64,000 nt of DNA from Cyanophora paradoxa CCMP329 (Eukaryota; Plantae; Glaucophyta). The notes beneath the pieces are model-generated. The model worked only from the letters and a program-made list of their open reading frames with translations. It was not told where the DNA came from and ran no database searches. Positions 12,346-23,025 of the stretch are shown here, one piece after another. Location: positions 1-64,000 of the forward strand of contig QPMI01000306.1 of NCBI GenBank assembly GCA_004431415.1, written 5' to 3'. Made by a program: the position numbers and the translations under genes. Numbering within the stretch: position 1 is the first letter of the stretch; the number at the start of each line of letters is the position of its first letter.

Positions 12346-12817
12346 TAGCCACGTAGCTTAGTGTAGCTTTGCTTTCTCGCCTCAGAGGCCCGCGAGCGCT
12401 CTATTTAGCCTATATTTTGTTTCAAAAGCATGTAAATGACTTATATTCTCTGCCCTGAGCGCTGCATGCAACTGGGCGCGCGAGGATCACTCAGGAGACA
12501 TCTGGGGCTCCAATTTCCAGTAGTTCTTGAATACGGACCCAGGCTTTGATCGGCGGCCTTCGGTACCGCCACCATCGTCTTCAGCACCCTCGAAAACCCC
12601 CGGGGACGTGAAATCGCCACTTCTGAGTGAGTTGATGCTTCAATCAGGCATCATGAGCAGGTCGGGGTGGCATTTTGGAACTTGAAAACTGAGAAGTCCC
12701 CGAGAGGGTCCTACGAGTAAGATTCAAGAGACCGGTCCGGCTCAAAAACACTTCGGATCACCCTGTATCTTGGTGCAGTGACATAACTACATGTGATAAT
12801 GATTCTGGCTCAAAGAG

Positions 12818-12953
12818 TGATCTAGTGACTACTCTCAACAGGTTCGAGCACGGGCAGCATCCGCTGATGCACACATAGTGGAATTGACACACACACTGCA
12901 CACGCCTAATGATTGACTAACTCTCCCCGGGGGGGGGAAGTACAACGCGAAGG
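12818..12953 (-). repeat. Family A 3' LTR (first ~19 bp lost by deletion)
   Basis: Matches 18130-18265 with no mismatch seen by eye; ends ...CACTAGATCA on the minus strand. Confidence 0.93.
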
Positions 12954-15900
12954 CATCAAGAATGGTAATTAAATACATGTTGCCACGCCGTGAGCGTTTG
13001 AAAGGGCCAACAATGTCAATCTCAACGTGTTGCATTGGACCCTCTGCGAATATCTTGGAGGTGGGAACTTCAGTCTTGACTCGAACTGCCTTGATCCTCT
13101 TGCAATCCTCACAATTCGAGACGAAGTTACCAATGTCAGCATACATTCCAGTCCAATGATAGCGTTGCCTAAGGTTCTCGCGCATTTTCCAAGCTCCAGG
13201 ATGACCCAGGGACTTGTGTGTAGACGAGAGCACAAGTTGTGTCAAATGAGAGGGAATGCAAACACGAATGTAGTCATCCCCGGCTTTCTGATAGCACAAG
13301 ACTCCATCATTAACAGTGAACTTTCCAGATTTCGCAAGTCGTTCTGCCTGGACATCAGGCCCTTGTGGCTCGACAGTCACATCAGCTTCTAGATATAGAA
13401 GTAAAGACTCCAGCAACGGATCCTTCAGCTGCTCATCACGAATTCTAGAAGGAGACAAAGTCAGAGACATTTCAACAGAGTTCAACAGCACAGAATGAGA
13501 AACAGTCTCAATTGCAGCGACTGCCGCATGAATCATCCTAGATAGGGCATCAGCATCACGGTTCAATTTCCCTGGTTTATGCTGAACTTCAAAATCATAT
13601 TCCTGCATCCCAAGTATCCATCGAGTGATACGCGCATTAGGAAGAGACTTTGCCGATCTCAAATACTGCAGTGCAGAATGATCCGATTTGATAATGAATT
13701 TTCGTCCACGCAAATACTGAGAAAACTTCTTTGTTACTGCCCACCAAATCGCATATAGTTCCTGCTCAGTGGTTGTCCATAATTGTTGTTCGGATGACAG
13801 GGGCTTTGCAGCATATTCGATGACATACTCCATTCCAGACTGCTTAAAACTGATTTGTTTTGTCCACTTCTTTTCTGCGGACGAGAATTTATGTGAAGCA
13901 AATTGAATCGGCCTCTCTACACCATCATCATCAAGTTGAGACAACACAGCACCAACTCCAGTCTTGGATGCATCAGTCTTTAAGATAAAGGGCTTACTGA
14001 AATCAGCAAATCGAAGAATAGGATATGTCATCAGGTACTCCTTAGCCTTTTCAAATGCAATCTGTTGATTATCACCCCAAGAAAATGGGACTTTGCTTGA
14101 TGTCAAGTCCGACAAAGGAGCAGTTATAACAGCAAATAGCTCAACAAAAACACGATAATATGACACCATCCCCAAAAATGTTCTCACCTCGGAAACATTC
14201 TTAGGCACTGGGTAATTCAAGATAGCTTCAATCTTGGCCTTGGAAGGACGAAGACCTTCCCTGGTGACCTCAAATCCAAGGTATTCAGCCTTCCATTGGA
14301 AGAACAAAGATTTCTTTGGCTTGAAGAAAAGGAATGCCTTTTTCATGGCATCAAACGTCCATTGCAGATCCTTGAGATGCTGTTCAAACGACTTGCTGAA
14401 AACACAAACATCGTCCAAATACATTAGCACAAAGATGAAAGCATAAGTGCCAAGCACACTGTTCATGAGCATTTGGAACGTGGCAGGGGCCGTTTTCAGC
14501 CCTTGTGGCATAACATTCCACTCAAACAGTCCAATAGGAGTACGGAAGGCAGTTTTGGGTTTATCCTCCTCTGCCATCTCAACATTCCAGTATCCATCAG
14601 GGCAATCCATAGGAGAAATGTAAAGGGAATTTCCCATTGCTTCGAGGGCATCATCAATTCTGGGAAGTGGGTACGCGTCATCTATTGTAACAGCATTCAG
14701 TTTCCTATAGTCAATGCAGAAGCGAAGAGTTCCATCCTTCTTCCTCACGAGCACCACTGGAGCCGCTCAAGGTGACCGAGAAGGCCGGATGAAATTGCGT
14801 TCCAACAACTTCCTGGTCTCATTAATGATCAAGTCGTTCTCATGTTGGGAGTGTCGCCGTGGGGGCTCAGCAATAGGCTTGGCATCTCCAGTATTGATAT
14901 TATGCTTAATAGGAGGGTGAGGCTCAAGAGGACTGTAATTAGGAATGCTAGGTTTAGCAGCAGAAAGGTTTCCAAGCATAAAATCATGCATAGCAGCATA
15001 TTTCTCAGGCTCTTCATTCTCATCTCCAATCTTTTTAATTTCTCGCAACAATGAGGCAACTTCAGGGCCGTATCGCTGTTCAACCTCTTGATAAATAGTG
15101 TCATGAATTTGCGAAATGGGGACGCCGTGAAACCGAGAATATTTAGAAGCATCGTAGGAGAAGGGGTTCTCAACCGAGTATGAGGGTGGTGACTCAAAAC
15201 TTGGGGCCGTCTGCACCTGGACGGAGTCCGCACAACTGTAAGGCTCACCTTTGCTTTTAGAATCAGAAGCATCTGGTATAAAAGATCCATTTCCGTATTG
15301 ATCGTAGCCCAAGACAACTCCGCAGTCGTACACTTCTGGGAACAGTTGCTGCGTTTTCCCACCGACAATGCGCGGGATGAAACGAGCAATCTTCGTTCCT
15401 CTGCGCAGCACGACTGGAGGCGAATCGAAGCGATTGCTGAGATTCACCACCTGCGTATACAGCCGTCCGCCGCGGCACACGACCAAGCTGTTGACAACCC
15501 GTATTTCGGGACTCGTAGAAGAATGACAATAATTCTCAACGTAGCCTTCGCCATCTGCGACAAATCGAAGCGCACGTAGCACGACTTTCCTCTGTTCACC
15601 AGCAGCAACTTCAACATCATCGTCCAGAACAAGCACATGTCCATGCGGTTCCAAGGAAACCTCGCAATTGCTAGATTCCTGACGAGGAACACATTCTTGT
15701 GCCTTTTCTGTCGATGCACTGTTGTCAAAGAGATTCAACTTCTTCAGATGAATCGGCTCTTCTGGAAAAGCAGAGAGGATAAGCTTCCGGTTGTCGTCAT
15801 CCTTACAATCATAAGTTGCTCCATGGGTGCTGATGAAATCCTGCCCAAGAATACCATCAAAACAGTATCCAGGGAAGTCGACCACCAGCAACGGAACGCG

Positions 15901-16758
15901 TCCTTCAAAAGGACCAATTCTTGCTGTAACATGAAGTTCACCAGGCTGGTACATACGCTGATCAGGAAGTTTAATCTGTGGTGTAAATGTCCACTTCCTG
16001 ACTTTGTCTTGTAGGCCCAACTTGCTGACAGCAGAGGATACGATGATGGACAGGTCCGCTCCGCTATCAAGTAGGAACTTCAAAGGATACCCATTGATCA
16101 ACACATCAACCACAGACCGACCAGGTGCAAGCGGAGCAAATCGCCGACCCACGACTGCAGGCTGCACACTTGGATCAGTTGAGGGAGACTTACCATTCAC
16201 CAACTGCATTTGACCATCCACGACACAAACTGCTAAACTGTCCTGTTCTAACTTCTGGAAGGGACCACTGAGAGTATAGTGCCTTTTTGGCAGAGGATGC
16301 AAGCTCAACTGAGGCTGCTTCGTAGCAAAGAGGTCTCTTTCTTCCAGGTGGCCCTGTGTTGAAGATACTTGAACCACACGAGCAGGCATGTCGTTTGGCT
16401 TGTCGGATCCCTGACATTGCTTGAGATCTGTACTCGCCTTTGACTCACCAGGAAGTTCATGTATCCGAGAGGAATGGTCATGCAGTGCACCCGGGCCCCG
16501 GGTTTGAGTAACAACAAAATCGCTTGACAAATTTGGAGAAGTAACAGAAACTGAAGGCGGGAAAACACTGCTGCCAGGATCAAGAGCATCTGCACTGCGG
16601 ACAGCTCCTGCTCCCGACAGGGTGAGAACCAGTCGCTCAAACTCATAGAATGTGATTAATCTAGGACTCTTGCTGCCAACTGCAGCAAGACTTGCTGGGG
16701 GAAGACTAGAAACCGCCCCAGCCCGGTGGCCGAAGCCGGGCTGGGTAGTTAGTTTCCC
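12954..16758 (-). pseudogene. pol: Family A pol: protease, dUTPase-like spacer, RT, RNase H, integrase N-terminus; in-frame TGA at 14767-14769
   Basis: [57 protein letters not shown]. ORFs 14767-16530 and 12835-14757 are in the same frame, separated by TGG>TGA. Confidence 0.95.
16717..16758 (-). promoter_or_regulatory. -1 ribosomal frameshift signal: slippery G GGA AAC plus GC hairpin
   Basis: CAG GGA AAC TAA CTA followed by CCCAGCCCGG-cttcggcca-CCGGGCTGGG. The -1 frame is open and continuous into ORF 14767-16530. Confidence 0.85.
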
Positions 16759-17936
16759 TGGGCAGAGCGAGTCTGCAAGCTCGCTCGAGCCTGGGAATCT
16801 ATTGAACGCTCAGCAGAGCGCCCACGCTGCTGTGAAGAAGGGCGATATGTGTCATTTCGATTTCCAGACCGGTCAAAATTGTATCTCCCACGAGATGAAT
16901 CAGGCCGTTGTGACTGAAATCCGTTGCTACGCCAAGAAGCACCTTGCATATTCAAACGACGTATCTCATCTAGAATTGTTACAGTAGTATCCTTGAGTTC
17001 ACGAATTTTTGCGTCAACCTCTTGGCTGAAAACACTTAATGTTTTACCAACTTCAACTCTAACAGTTTCCTTGACAATGTCACGCACACGGTCCTCTGTG
17101 ACATATGTATGAGCGCCAGGCATGCGCTCCATACCAATAAAAGAAGATACTGTAGTAGTAGATGAAGACGGAGGAACATACTGTATACCTTGTAGATTGT
17201 GCAAAAACGTCTCCTTAGGAACATTGTCTGGTGCAGGGTGCATAAGCTTCATTTCAGTATAAATATCACGAATCACTTGAGCATCTTGGAGTGGTGGCGT
17301 GCAAGCTGCAGCTTTGGAAAACTTTAGCAGAGCAAAATCATACATATTAGTCGCCAGGCCTTGGGCAGATGCAAATGCCCAACTGAAATTAAAATAGTCA
17401 TTCAGGGCCTTGTTTTTAGCAGCATCATGGAGGAAGGAACGATTAAAATGCGTAACAAATTCTGAGAAATCATCACATCTGTTGACATTCAAAATAAAAT
17501 CGCTGTAAATGGGATTCGTTGCCAAATGAGAAAATGAATTAGCCAGTTTTCCACGAATGGTCATCCAAGTCCAGGCGTGGTTCTGGCGGGATTCTAGAGC
17601 TTGATTGTCGCCTTGAATATTCCATGCATTAACAGGTTGATTGTTGATGGGAGTCACCCCAAAGAAAACACGTGGCAAGAAATTTAACGCCACAAGCACC
17701 GACCTTACTGAGGTAAGCCAGGGCCCCGGTGAATCTGGGGTGAAAGCAGGAATCTGTAAATCACGGGCATGGCCACGAGCATACTTCTCTTGGCGAGCAA
17801 GTTGAATTTGAGCCTGCCCATTATCACCCATGATGTCCTCGTCGCTGTCAATCACAATCTCCGGGGATTCAACGTCAGGAGGTGTTTCGATAGACCTTAG
17901 TCGTCCGCTGGACGGGCTTCTAGCGTACGACTTCAC
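16749..17936 (-). CDS. gag: Family A Gag (no CCHC knuckle, RS/RG-rich C-terminus); true start uncertain
   Basis: 395-aa ORF between PBS and pol; organisation parallels the Gag ORFs of families B and C. Confidence 0.85.
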   Translation of the reverse strand: MKSYARSPSSGRLRSIETPPDVESPEIVIDSDEDIMGDNGQAQIQLARQEKYARGHARDLQIPAFTPDSPGPWLTSVRSVLVALNFLPRVFFGVTPINNQPVNAWNIQGDNQALESRQNHAWTWMTIRGKLANSFSHLATNPIYSDFILNVNRCDDFSEFVTHFNRSFLHDAAKNKALNDYFNFSWAFASAQGLATNMYDFALLKFSKAAACTPPLQDAQVIRDIYTEMKLMHPAPDNVPKETFLHNLQGIQYVPPSSSTTTVSSFIGMERMPGAHTYVTEDRVRDIVKETVRVEVGKTLSVFSQEVDAKIRELKDTTVTILDEIRRLNMQGASWRSNGFQSQRPDSSRGRYNFDRSGNRNDTYRPSSQQRGRSAERSIDSQARASLQTRSAQGN

Positions 17937-18107
17937 TGTAACAGATGAAAAGACTCCAAATCAAGCAGGAGCTCCAATGAGAGGAAGGCGCAATTCAATC
18001 CGTGCGCGAATAGCGCGTATAGGTGTTTCAGAGACTAAAGAGCCGAGTTTGACTCGTTCAGAGATCCTTCGCGAATGTTCGAGAAGATTCCAAGAATCAG
18101 CGGCGCT

Positions 18108-18125
18108 GCCCCACGGTGGGCGCCA
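18108..18125 (-). promoter_or_regulatory. Primer binding site complementary to tRNA-Lys(CUU) 3' end
   Basis: Minus strand TGGCGCCCACCGTGGGGC, 4 nt downstream of the 5' LTR end; matches the plant-type tRNA-Lys 3' end GCCCCACGGTGGGCGCCA. Confidence 0.88.
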
Positions 18126-18129
18126 AAAA

Positions 18130-18284
18130 TGATCTAGTGACTACTCTCAACAGGTTCGAGCACGGGCAGCATCCGCTGATGCACACATAGTGGAATTGAC
18201 ACACACACTGCACACGCCTAATGATTGACTAACTCTCCCCGGGGGGGGGAAGTACAACGCGAAGGGCAGGCTGGGGTCACGACA
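18130..18284 (-). repeat. Family A 5' LTR (155 bp, TG...CA)
   Basis: Minus strand TGTCGTGACCCC...CTAGATCA, flanked by the AGAG TSD. Confidence 0.9.
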
Positions 18285-19722
18285 AGAGCGCCTGCTGGGG
18301 CCAGCCGGTCGCCCAGGAAGTCACTGGCTCACTGGAACTCATGAGCAATCTCTGCTGGGGAAGCGCGCGCCAGGGCCGCGTTGCATCCACGCACGCTCTA
18401 TTCATGCGCTCACCGAATCGCGCTACGGCGGCCCTGCGAGCCCTCGCGGTGCGGAGCCTTTGAAGCGAGATCAAATCGTCCAGCTGCAGCTGCTGGTGTA
18501 TACACAGCAGGAGCAGGCGATATCCACAAGGAAGCGAGCGCCAGGGCCGCGATGCATCCACGCAAGCTCTTTCAAGGCTAGCATCGATTCACGCTCGCGG
18601 CGGCCCGTCGCGCCCTCGCAGTTCGCAGTGGAATCGAATCGCCCACGTGCACTGGGCCAGGTGCCCCTGCTGGAGGAGGTGCGGCTGGCGGCGGGGGCGC
18701 GTGCCGCTGCCCGCACGCGCGCTGTGCGCGAGCTCTAGATGTGTATCGTGGCCCCAGACATCTCAACCCGCACCGCCCCGCCGTCGCAGCCATGCCATCA
18801 AGAACCGCATGACATGCTTGATTGCACACGAGAGCGCATCTGCCTGTGGCGAGGCGGGCCACGAAGCGGAGGCTTGGCCGGACCTCCGCAATGCCGGCGA
18901 GCGGTGCGCGGTCTTGGAGGGGGCGAAAGATGCCATGGCGACTCGAGGCCTGCGAGAGGCGCGCGGGGCTGGATCCAGTTAGGCCGGGGCGCGCGAGCGT
19001 GGCGGAGCAGGGCCTCGACACGCACCGTTCCGAGATGCTCATGTTAGGCATGAGCCTCCTCCGCTGCGGCGTGGTTGGGCTGCGCTCCTCCGCTGCGGCG
19101 TGGCTGCGCTCGGATCAAGTCTCGCGCGGATCAAGTCCTCGCTGCGCGCCGGCTCGTCAGCAGCGCAAACGGGCTTAAGCTAGCACTATGAGCGGTAGAG
19201 AAGCGGTCTGGGGTCGCTCGCTTCATTCCGGAGTGGAGTGGAGACGACGGCACCCATCAAATCGCCGCCCATAGAATACTAGCAGTGTCCGGAGGGCGAA
19301 AGTTGCGCAAACGCTCCGCATTGATAGGCGCTAGAGCGACAACACGACGGTTCCTTGTTGCGAGCGCTGACGAACCCTCGCTGGTGGCTGCAGCAGTCTG
19401 CTTCACTGCTGCGTCCTTCTTGCCGCCGGCTTTGGGGACCCACTTCCACTTCCCGTTGATCTTCACGTGCCCGCCGCCCGCCGGAGCGCTGGCTGCCTCG
19501 CCGGCGGTCGCCGAACGTTTAGCCTGGTTCGAATCCGCCAAGTTCGGTTCTGGTTCCTCCCCCCCCCAGATAATGCCCGGAAAAGGCTGATATTTCGATA
19601 ATTTCAAAAAAAGCGAGCGTGCACAGGGGGTGTCGGGAGGCTCTCCCGACATGTTTGGCATGGTTTTTAAAAAGTTTCAAAAGTCGGCCGTTTTTGCCCC
19701 CCTAGTGGCCTCACACGGTCGT

Positions 19723-20735
19723 TTACGCGCCATCTCTCCGGCAGCCACGCCATCTTTGAGAGCACAACAGCTGAGCAGGCGGTAGCGCGCAACAACCAGG
19801 TCGTCCTGATGCGGTCGCTGCCCGCGTTCAAGGGATACCAGCTGGAGATGAAGCACCGGGCGGTCGTCAAGGCGCTCATCCTCGGCATGAAGCCGCTCTG
19901 GTCGACCGAGAAGCCCTGGCTCTGCAGGCTGCTGCACGAGTTCAGCGATGGGTGCGCCCGCGGCTGCGCCGCGCGCGCGCGTCTACAATACAAAAATTAA
20001 CCACCGCTGCACCACCACAAAGCTGCACCACCAGGTGCTCGGCATCTTCCACTTCACGGGCTCCCACGTCGCCCAGCGCATCCACGACTTCGTGATCGAC
20101 AAGCTGAAGCGCTTTGGGCTCGGAAAAACGGTCCGTTGCACTCGATTCTCGGTTCTTGACTCACTCTCTGCGCAGAACCTGTTCATTGTGCATGACGAGG
20201 GCTCGAACATGGTCGCCGCATCAAAGATCTCGGCCCAGGAGGCAATGGAGGGCGATGGCGACAAGCCGACCTGCAGCTGGACGTCCATTATCTGCAAGAA
20301 CCACCTCATGCAGACGGTCTGCGATTTATCACGATTTTCCCGCGATTTTCGGCCCTGCAGCTGATATACGCCCCAGGTTGTCAACAACTCTTTGCCTGAG
20401 ATCTACTACGAGAGCCAGGCTTTCAAGCTCCAGAAGGGCGCCTTCCTGACCTACATCGGCGACATCATTCGCTTCACTCACCGGCCCAAGATCCAGGAGA
20501 TCTGGAAGCGCGTCTGTGTGCGTTGAATGCTTTATTATTTCTCGCTGGCCCCTCTCTAAATAAACGCAGGGCAAGATGCTGGTCGAGTACTGCAAGACAC
20601 GCTGGAATTCGTTCCACGACGCCCCCGAGTCTCTCCTTGAGGCTGCTTTTCGCACTCAGGCCAGCTCATTTCTGCTTGGCGCTCCACCCTTAAGCCGGAG
20701 ACGTGCGAGGCCTATCTTTTCCTGCATGAGGCAGC
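19723..20735 (+). pseudogene. hAT transposase core and C-terminal remnants with introns (20131-20175, 20317-20376, 20518-20569)
   Basis: GSHVAQRI, VHDEGSNM, CKNHLMQ (CxxH), KTRWNSF, and the dimerisation-type motif RSTLKPETCEAYLFL; large internal deletions. Confidence 0.85.
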
Positions 20736-21320
20736 TGGTTTCGGAGACGTAGAGATTTTCCCCCAGCTGTATTCCGTTCAGGAGCTGCGTGAGACCGTTG
20801 AGCAGGCAGATCGCATGGCAGCTGAGTCCCAGGGCGCCGGCCATGGCGCTGGCCATGGCCAGCTGCAGGACGCAGATCTAGAGGTAGTGGAGCTTGAGGC
20901 CGAGGAGCCTCTTGTTAGCTCGTAATTGTGATCTGATGCATATATATATATGATATCTTTCGATCATGAGCGCTGCATGGGTGGGGGGCCAGGCCGGGGC
21001 CGCCGGGCGGGGCGCCATGCAGGCTAGGCCGGCGCGCGCGGCGCGCGCGAACTTCCGTGAAGGTGCTGGCCGGCGGGCCAAGCCAGCCGCCAAGCCAGCC
21101 GCCAAGCCAGCCGCCTCGCGCACCAAGTCCGGCCTAGCCGCTGGCAAGCCAGCCGAAATTTCGGAGCCGCCAAGCCGCTAGGGCCAGCCCCGGTGCAAGC
21201 TTTCGGAATTTTGGGCCAGCCCCGGTGCAAGCTTCCAGCCCCGACGGCCAGTGCCCCATGCACTACCTTTGTACGACCCAAGTGCGCCTCATCCCCCGAT
21301 CAAGCACTCGATCAAGACTG

Positions 21321-23025
21321 GGTCCCCACCCACACAAAACAGTCAACAGGGAGCGCTGGGATTCTCCAGAGCCACACAAAACAGCCACCGGGGAGCGTGG
21401 GGATTCTCCAGAGCACTCTGACAGGTTTGTATGATCAGTTTGAGTGTTTCTTTTCTAGCATTTTGTTTTGGTTCAGGGCTCCCCCCATGGCTTCCGAAAT
21501 CTCAAAGGGGTCCCCACCCACACAAAACAGTCAACAGGGAGCGCTGGGATTCTCCAGAGCACTCTGACAGGTTTGTATGATCAGTTTGAGTGTTTCTTTT
21601 CTAGCTTTTAGTTTTGGTTCAGGGCTCCCCCCATGGCCCACGAAATCTTACAGGGGTCCCCACCCACACAAAACAGTCAACAGGAAGCAATCAGTCAAAA
21701 GAGAGCGCTGGGATTCTCCAGAGCACTCTGACAGGTTTGTATGACCAGTTTGTGTGTTTCTTTTGTAGCTTTAAGTTTTGGTTCAGGGCTCCCCCCCATG
21801 GCCCCCGAAATCTCAAAGGGGTCCCCACCCACACAAAACAGCCACCAGGGAGCGTGGGGATTCTCCAGAGCACTCTGACAGGTTTGTATGATCAGTTTGA
21901 ATGTTTTTTTTCTAGCTTTTAGTTTTGGTTCAGGGCTCCCCTCCATGGCCCCGAAATCTCAAAGGGGTCCCCACCCACACAAAACAGTCAACAGGGAGCG
22001 CTGGGATTCTCCAGAGCACTCTGACAGGTTTGTATGATCAGTTTGAATGTTTTTTTTCTAGCTTTAAGTTTTGGTTCAGGGCTCCCCCCATGGCCCCCGA
22101 AATCTCAAAGGGGTCCCCACCCACACAAAACAGTCAACAGGGAGCGCTGGGATTCTCCAGAGCACTCTGACAGGTTTGTATGATCAGTTTGAGTGTTTTT
22201 TTTCTAGCTTTAAGTTTTGGTTCAGGGCTCCCCCCCATGGCCCCCGAAATCTCAAAGGGGTCCCCACCCACACAAAACAGTCAACAGGAAGCAATCAGTC
22301 AAAAGAGAGCGCTGGGATTCTCCAGAGCACTCTGACAGGTTTGTATGACCAGTTTGTGTGTTTCTTTTGTAGCTTTAAGTTTTGGTTCAGGGCTCCCCCC
22401 CATGGCCCCCGAAATCTCAAAGGGGTCCCCACCCACACAAAACAGCCACCAGGGAGCGTGGGGATTCTCCAGAGCACTCTGACAGGTTTGTATGATCAGT
22501 TTGAATGTTTTTTTTCTAGCTTTTAGTTTTGGTTCAGGGCTCCCCTCCATGGCCCCCGAAATCTCAAAGGGGTCCCCACCCACACAAAACAGTCAACAGG
22601 GAGCGCTGGGATTCTCCAGAGCACTCTGACAGGTTTGTATGATCAGTTTGAATGTTTTTTTTCTAGCTTTAAGTTTTGGTTCAGGGCTCCCCCCCATGGC
22701 CCCCGAAATCTCAAAGGGGTCCCCACCCACACAAAACAGTCAACAGGGAGCGCTGGGATTCTCCAGAGCACTCTGACAGGTTTGTATGATCAGTTTGAGT
22801 GTTTTTTTTCTAGCTTTAAGTTTTGGTTCAGGGCTCCCCCCCATGGCCCCCGAAATCTCAAAGGGGTCCCCACCCACACAAAACAGTCAACAGGGAGCGC
22901 TGGGATTCTCCAGAGCCACACACAACAGCCACCAGGGAGCGTGGGGATTCTCCAGAGCACTCTGACAGGTTTGTATGCTCAGTTTGAGTGTTTCTTTTCT
23001 AGCTTTTAGTTTTGGTTCAGGGCTC
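21321..23025. repeat. Second satellite, ~146-147 bp monomer, with a ~604 bp block duplication
   Basis: Monomer GGTCCCCACCCACACAAAACAGTCAACAGGGAGCGCTGGGATTCTCCAGAGCACTCTGACAGG...GAAATCTCAAAGG; identical ORFs at 21691 and 22295. Confidence 0.96.

Larger units (their letters stand above)
12818..18284 (-). mobile_element. Ty3/Gypsy LTR retrotransposon family A, near full-length, integrase core and PPT deleted
   Basis: Two LTRs, PBS, gag, pol (PR-RT-RH-IN order) and 4-bp TSD AGAG (12814-17 and 18285-88). Confidence 0.95.
11336..19718. mobile_element. Unclassified non-autonomous TIR DNA transposon (~2.9 kb without nested Gypsy A), 12-bp TIR CCGTGTGAGGCC, 4-bp TSD TCGT
   Basis: TCGT(11332-35)|CCGTGTGAGGCC ... 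GGCCTCACACGG|TCGT(19719-22). Excision restores the hAT reading frame. A diverged copy of the left ~390 bp lies inverted at 44758-45150. Confidence 0.88.
10261..21320 (+). mobile_element. hAT-superfamily DNA transposon, degenerate, interrupted by nested elements; left end truncated by satellite
   Basis: BED-finger N-terminus plus hAT core motifs (see transposase pieces). Subterminal motif TGGCTTGCCAGC (10261) is inverted as GCTGGCAAGCCA (~21140). Clustered GCCAGCC repeats at both ends. Putative right terminus ...GATCAAGACTG at 21320. Confidence 0.8.

Noticed and set aside
11601-12356. Long overlapping ORFs in GC-rich TIR element interior (also 18277-19661)
   Set aside because: Stop-poor GC-rich repetitive DNA; no recognisable domains.
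12751-12767. Possible Tc1/mariner end (CTTCGGATCACCCTG|TA)
   Set aside because: No partner TIR or transposase found in the window.
14767-14769. Programmed read-through or UGA=Trp code at the pol TGA
   Set aside because: Families B and C have TGG here, and NRS/ER and the GT end in TGA; a point mutation is simpler.
18261-18268. Alternative family A LTR start at 18268 (TGCCCTTC)
   Set aside because: Gives no TSD; extending to 18284 gives a TGTCG start and the AGAG duplication.
19630-19706. Hairpin TGTCGGGAG...CTCCCGACA plus CTAG as a Helitron 3' end
   Set aside because: The hairpin is ~50 nt from CTAG, and the region is better explained by the TIR/TSD pair.
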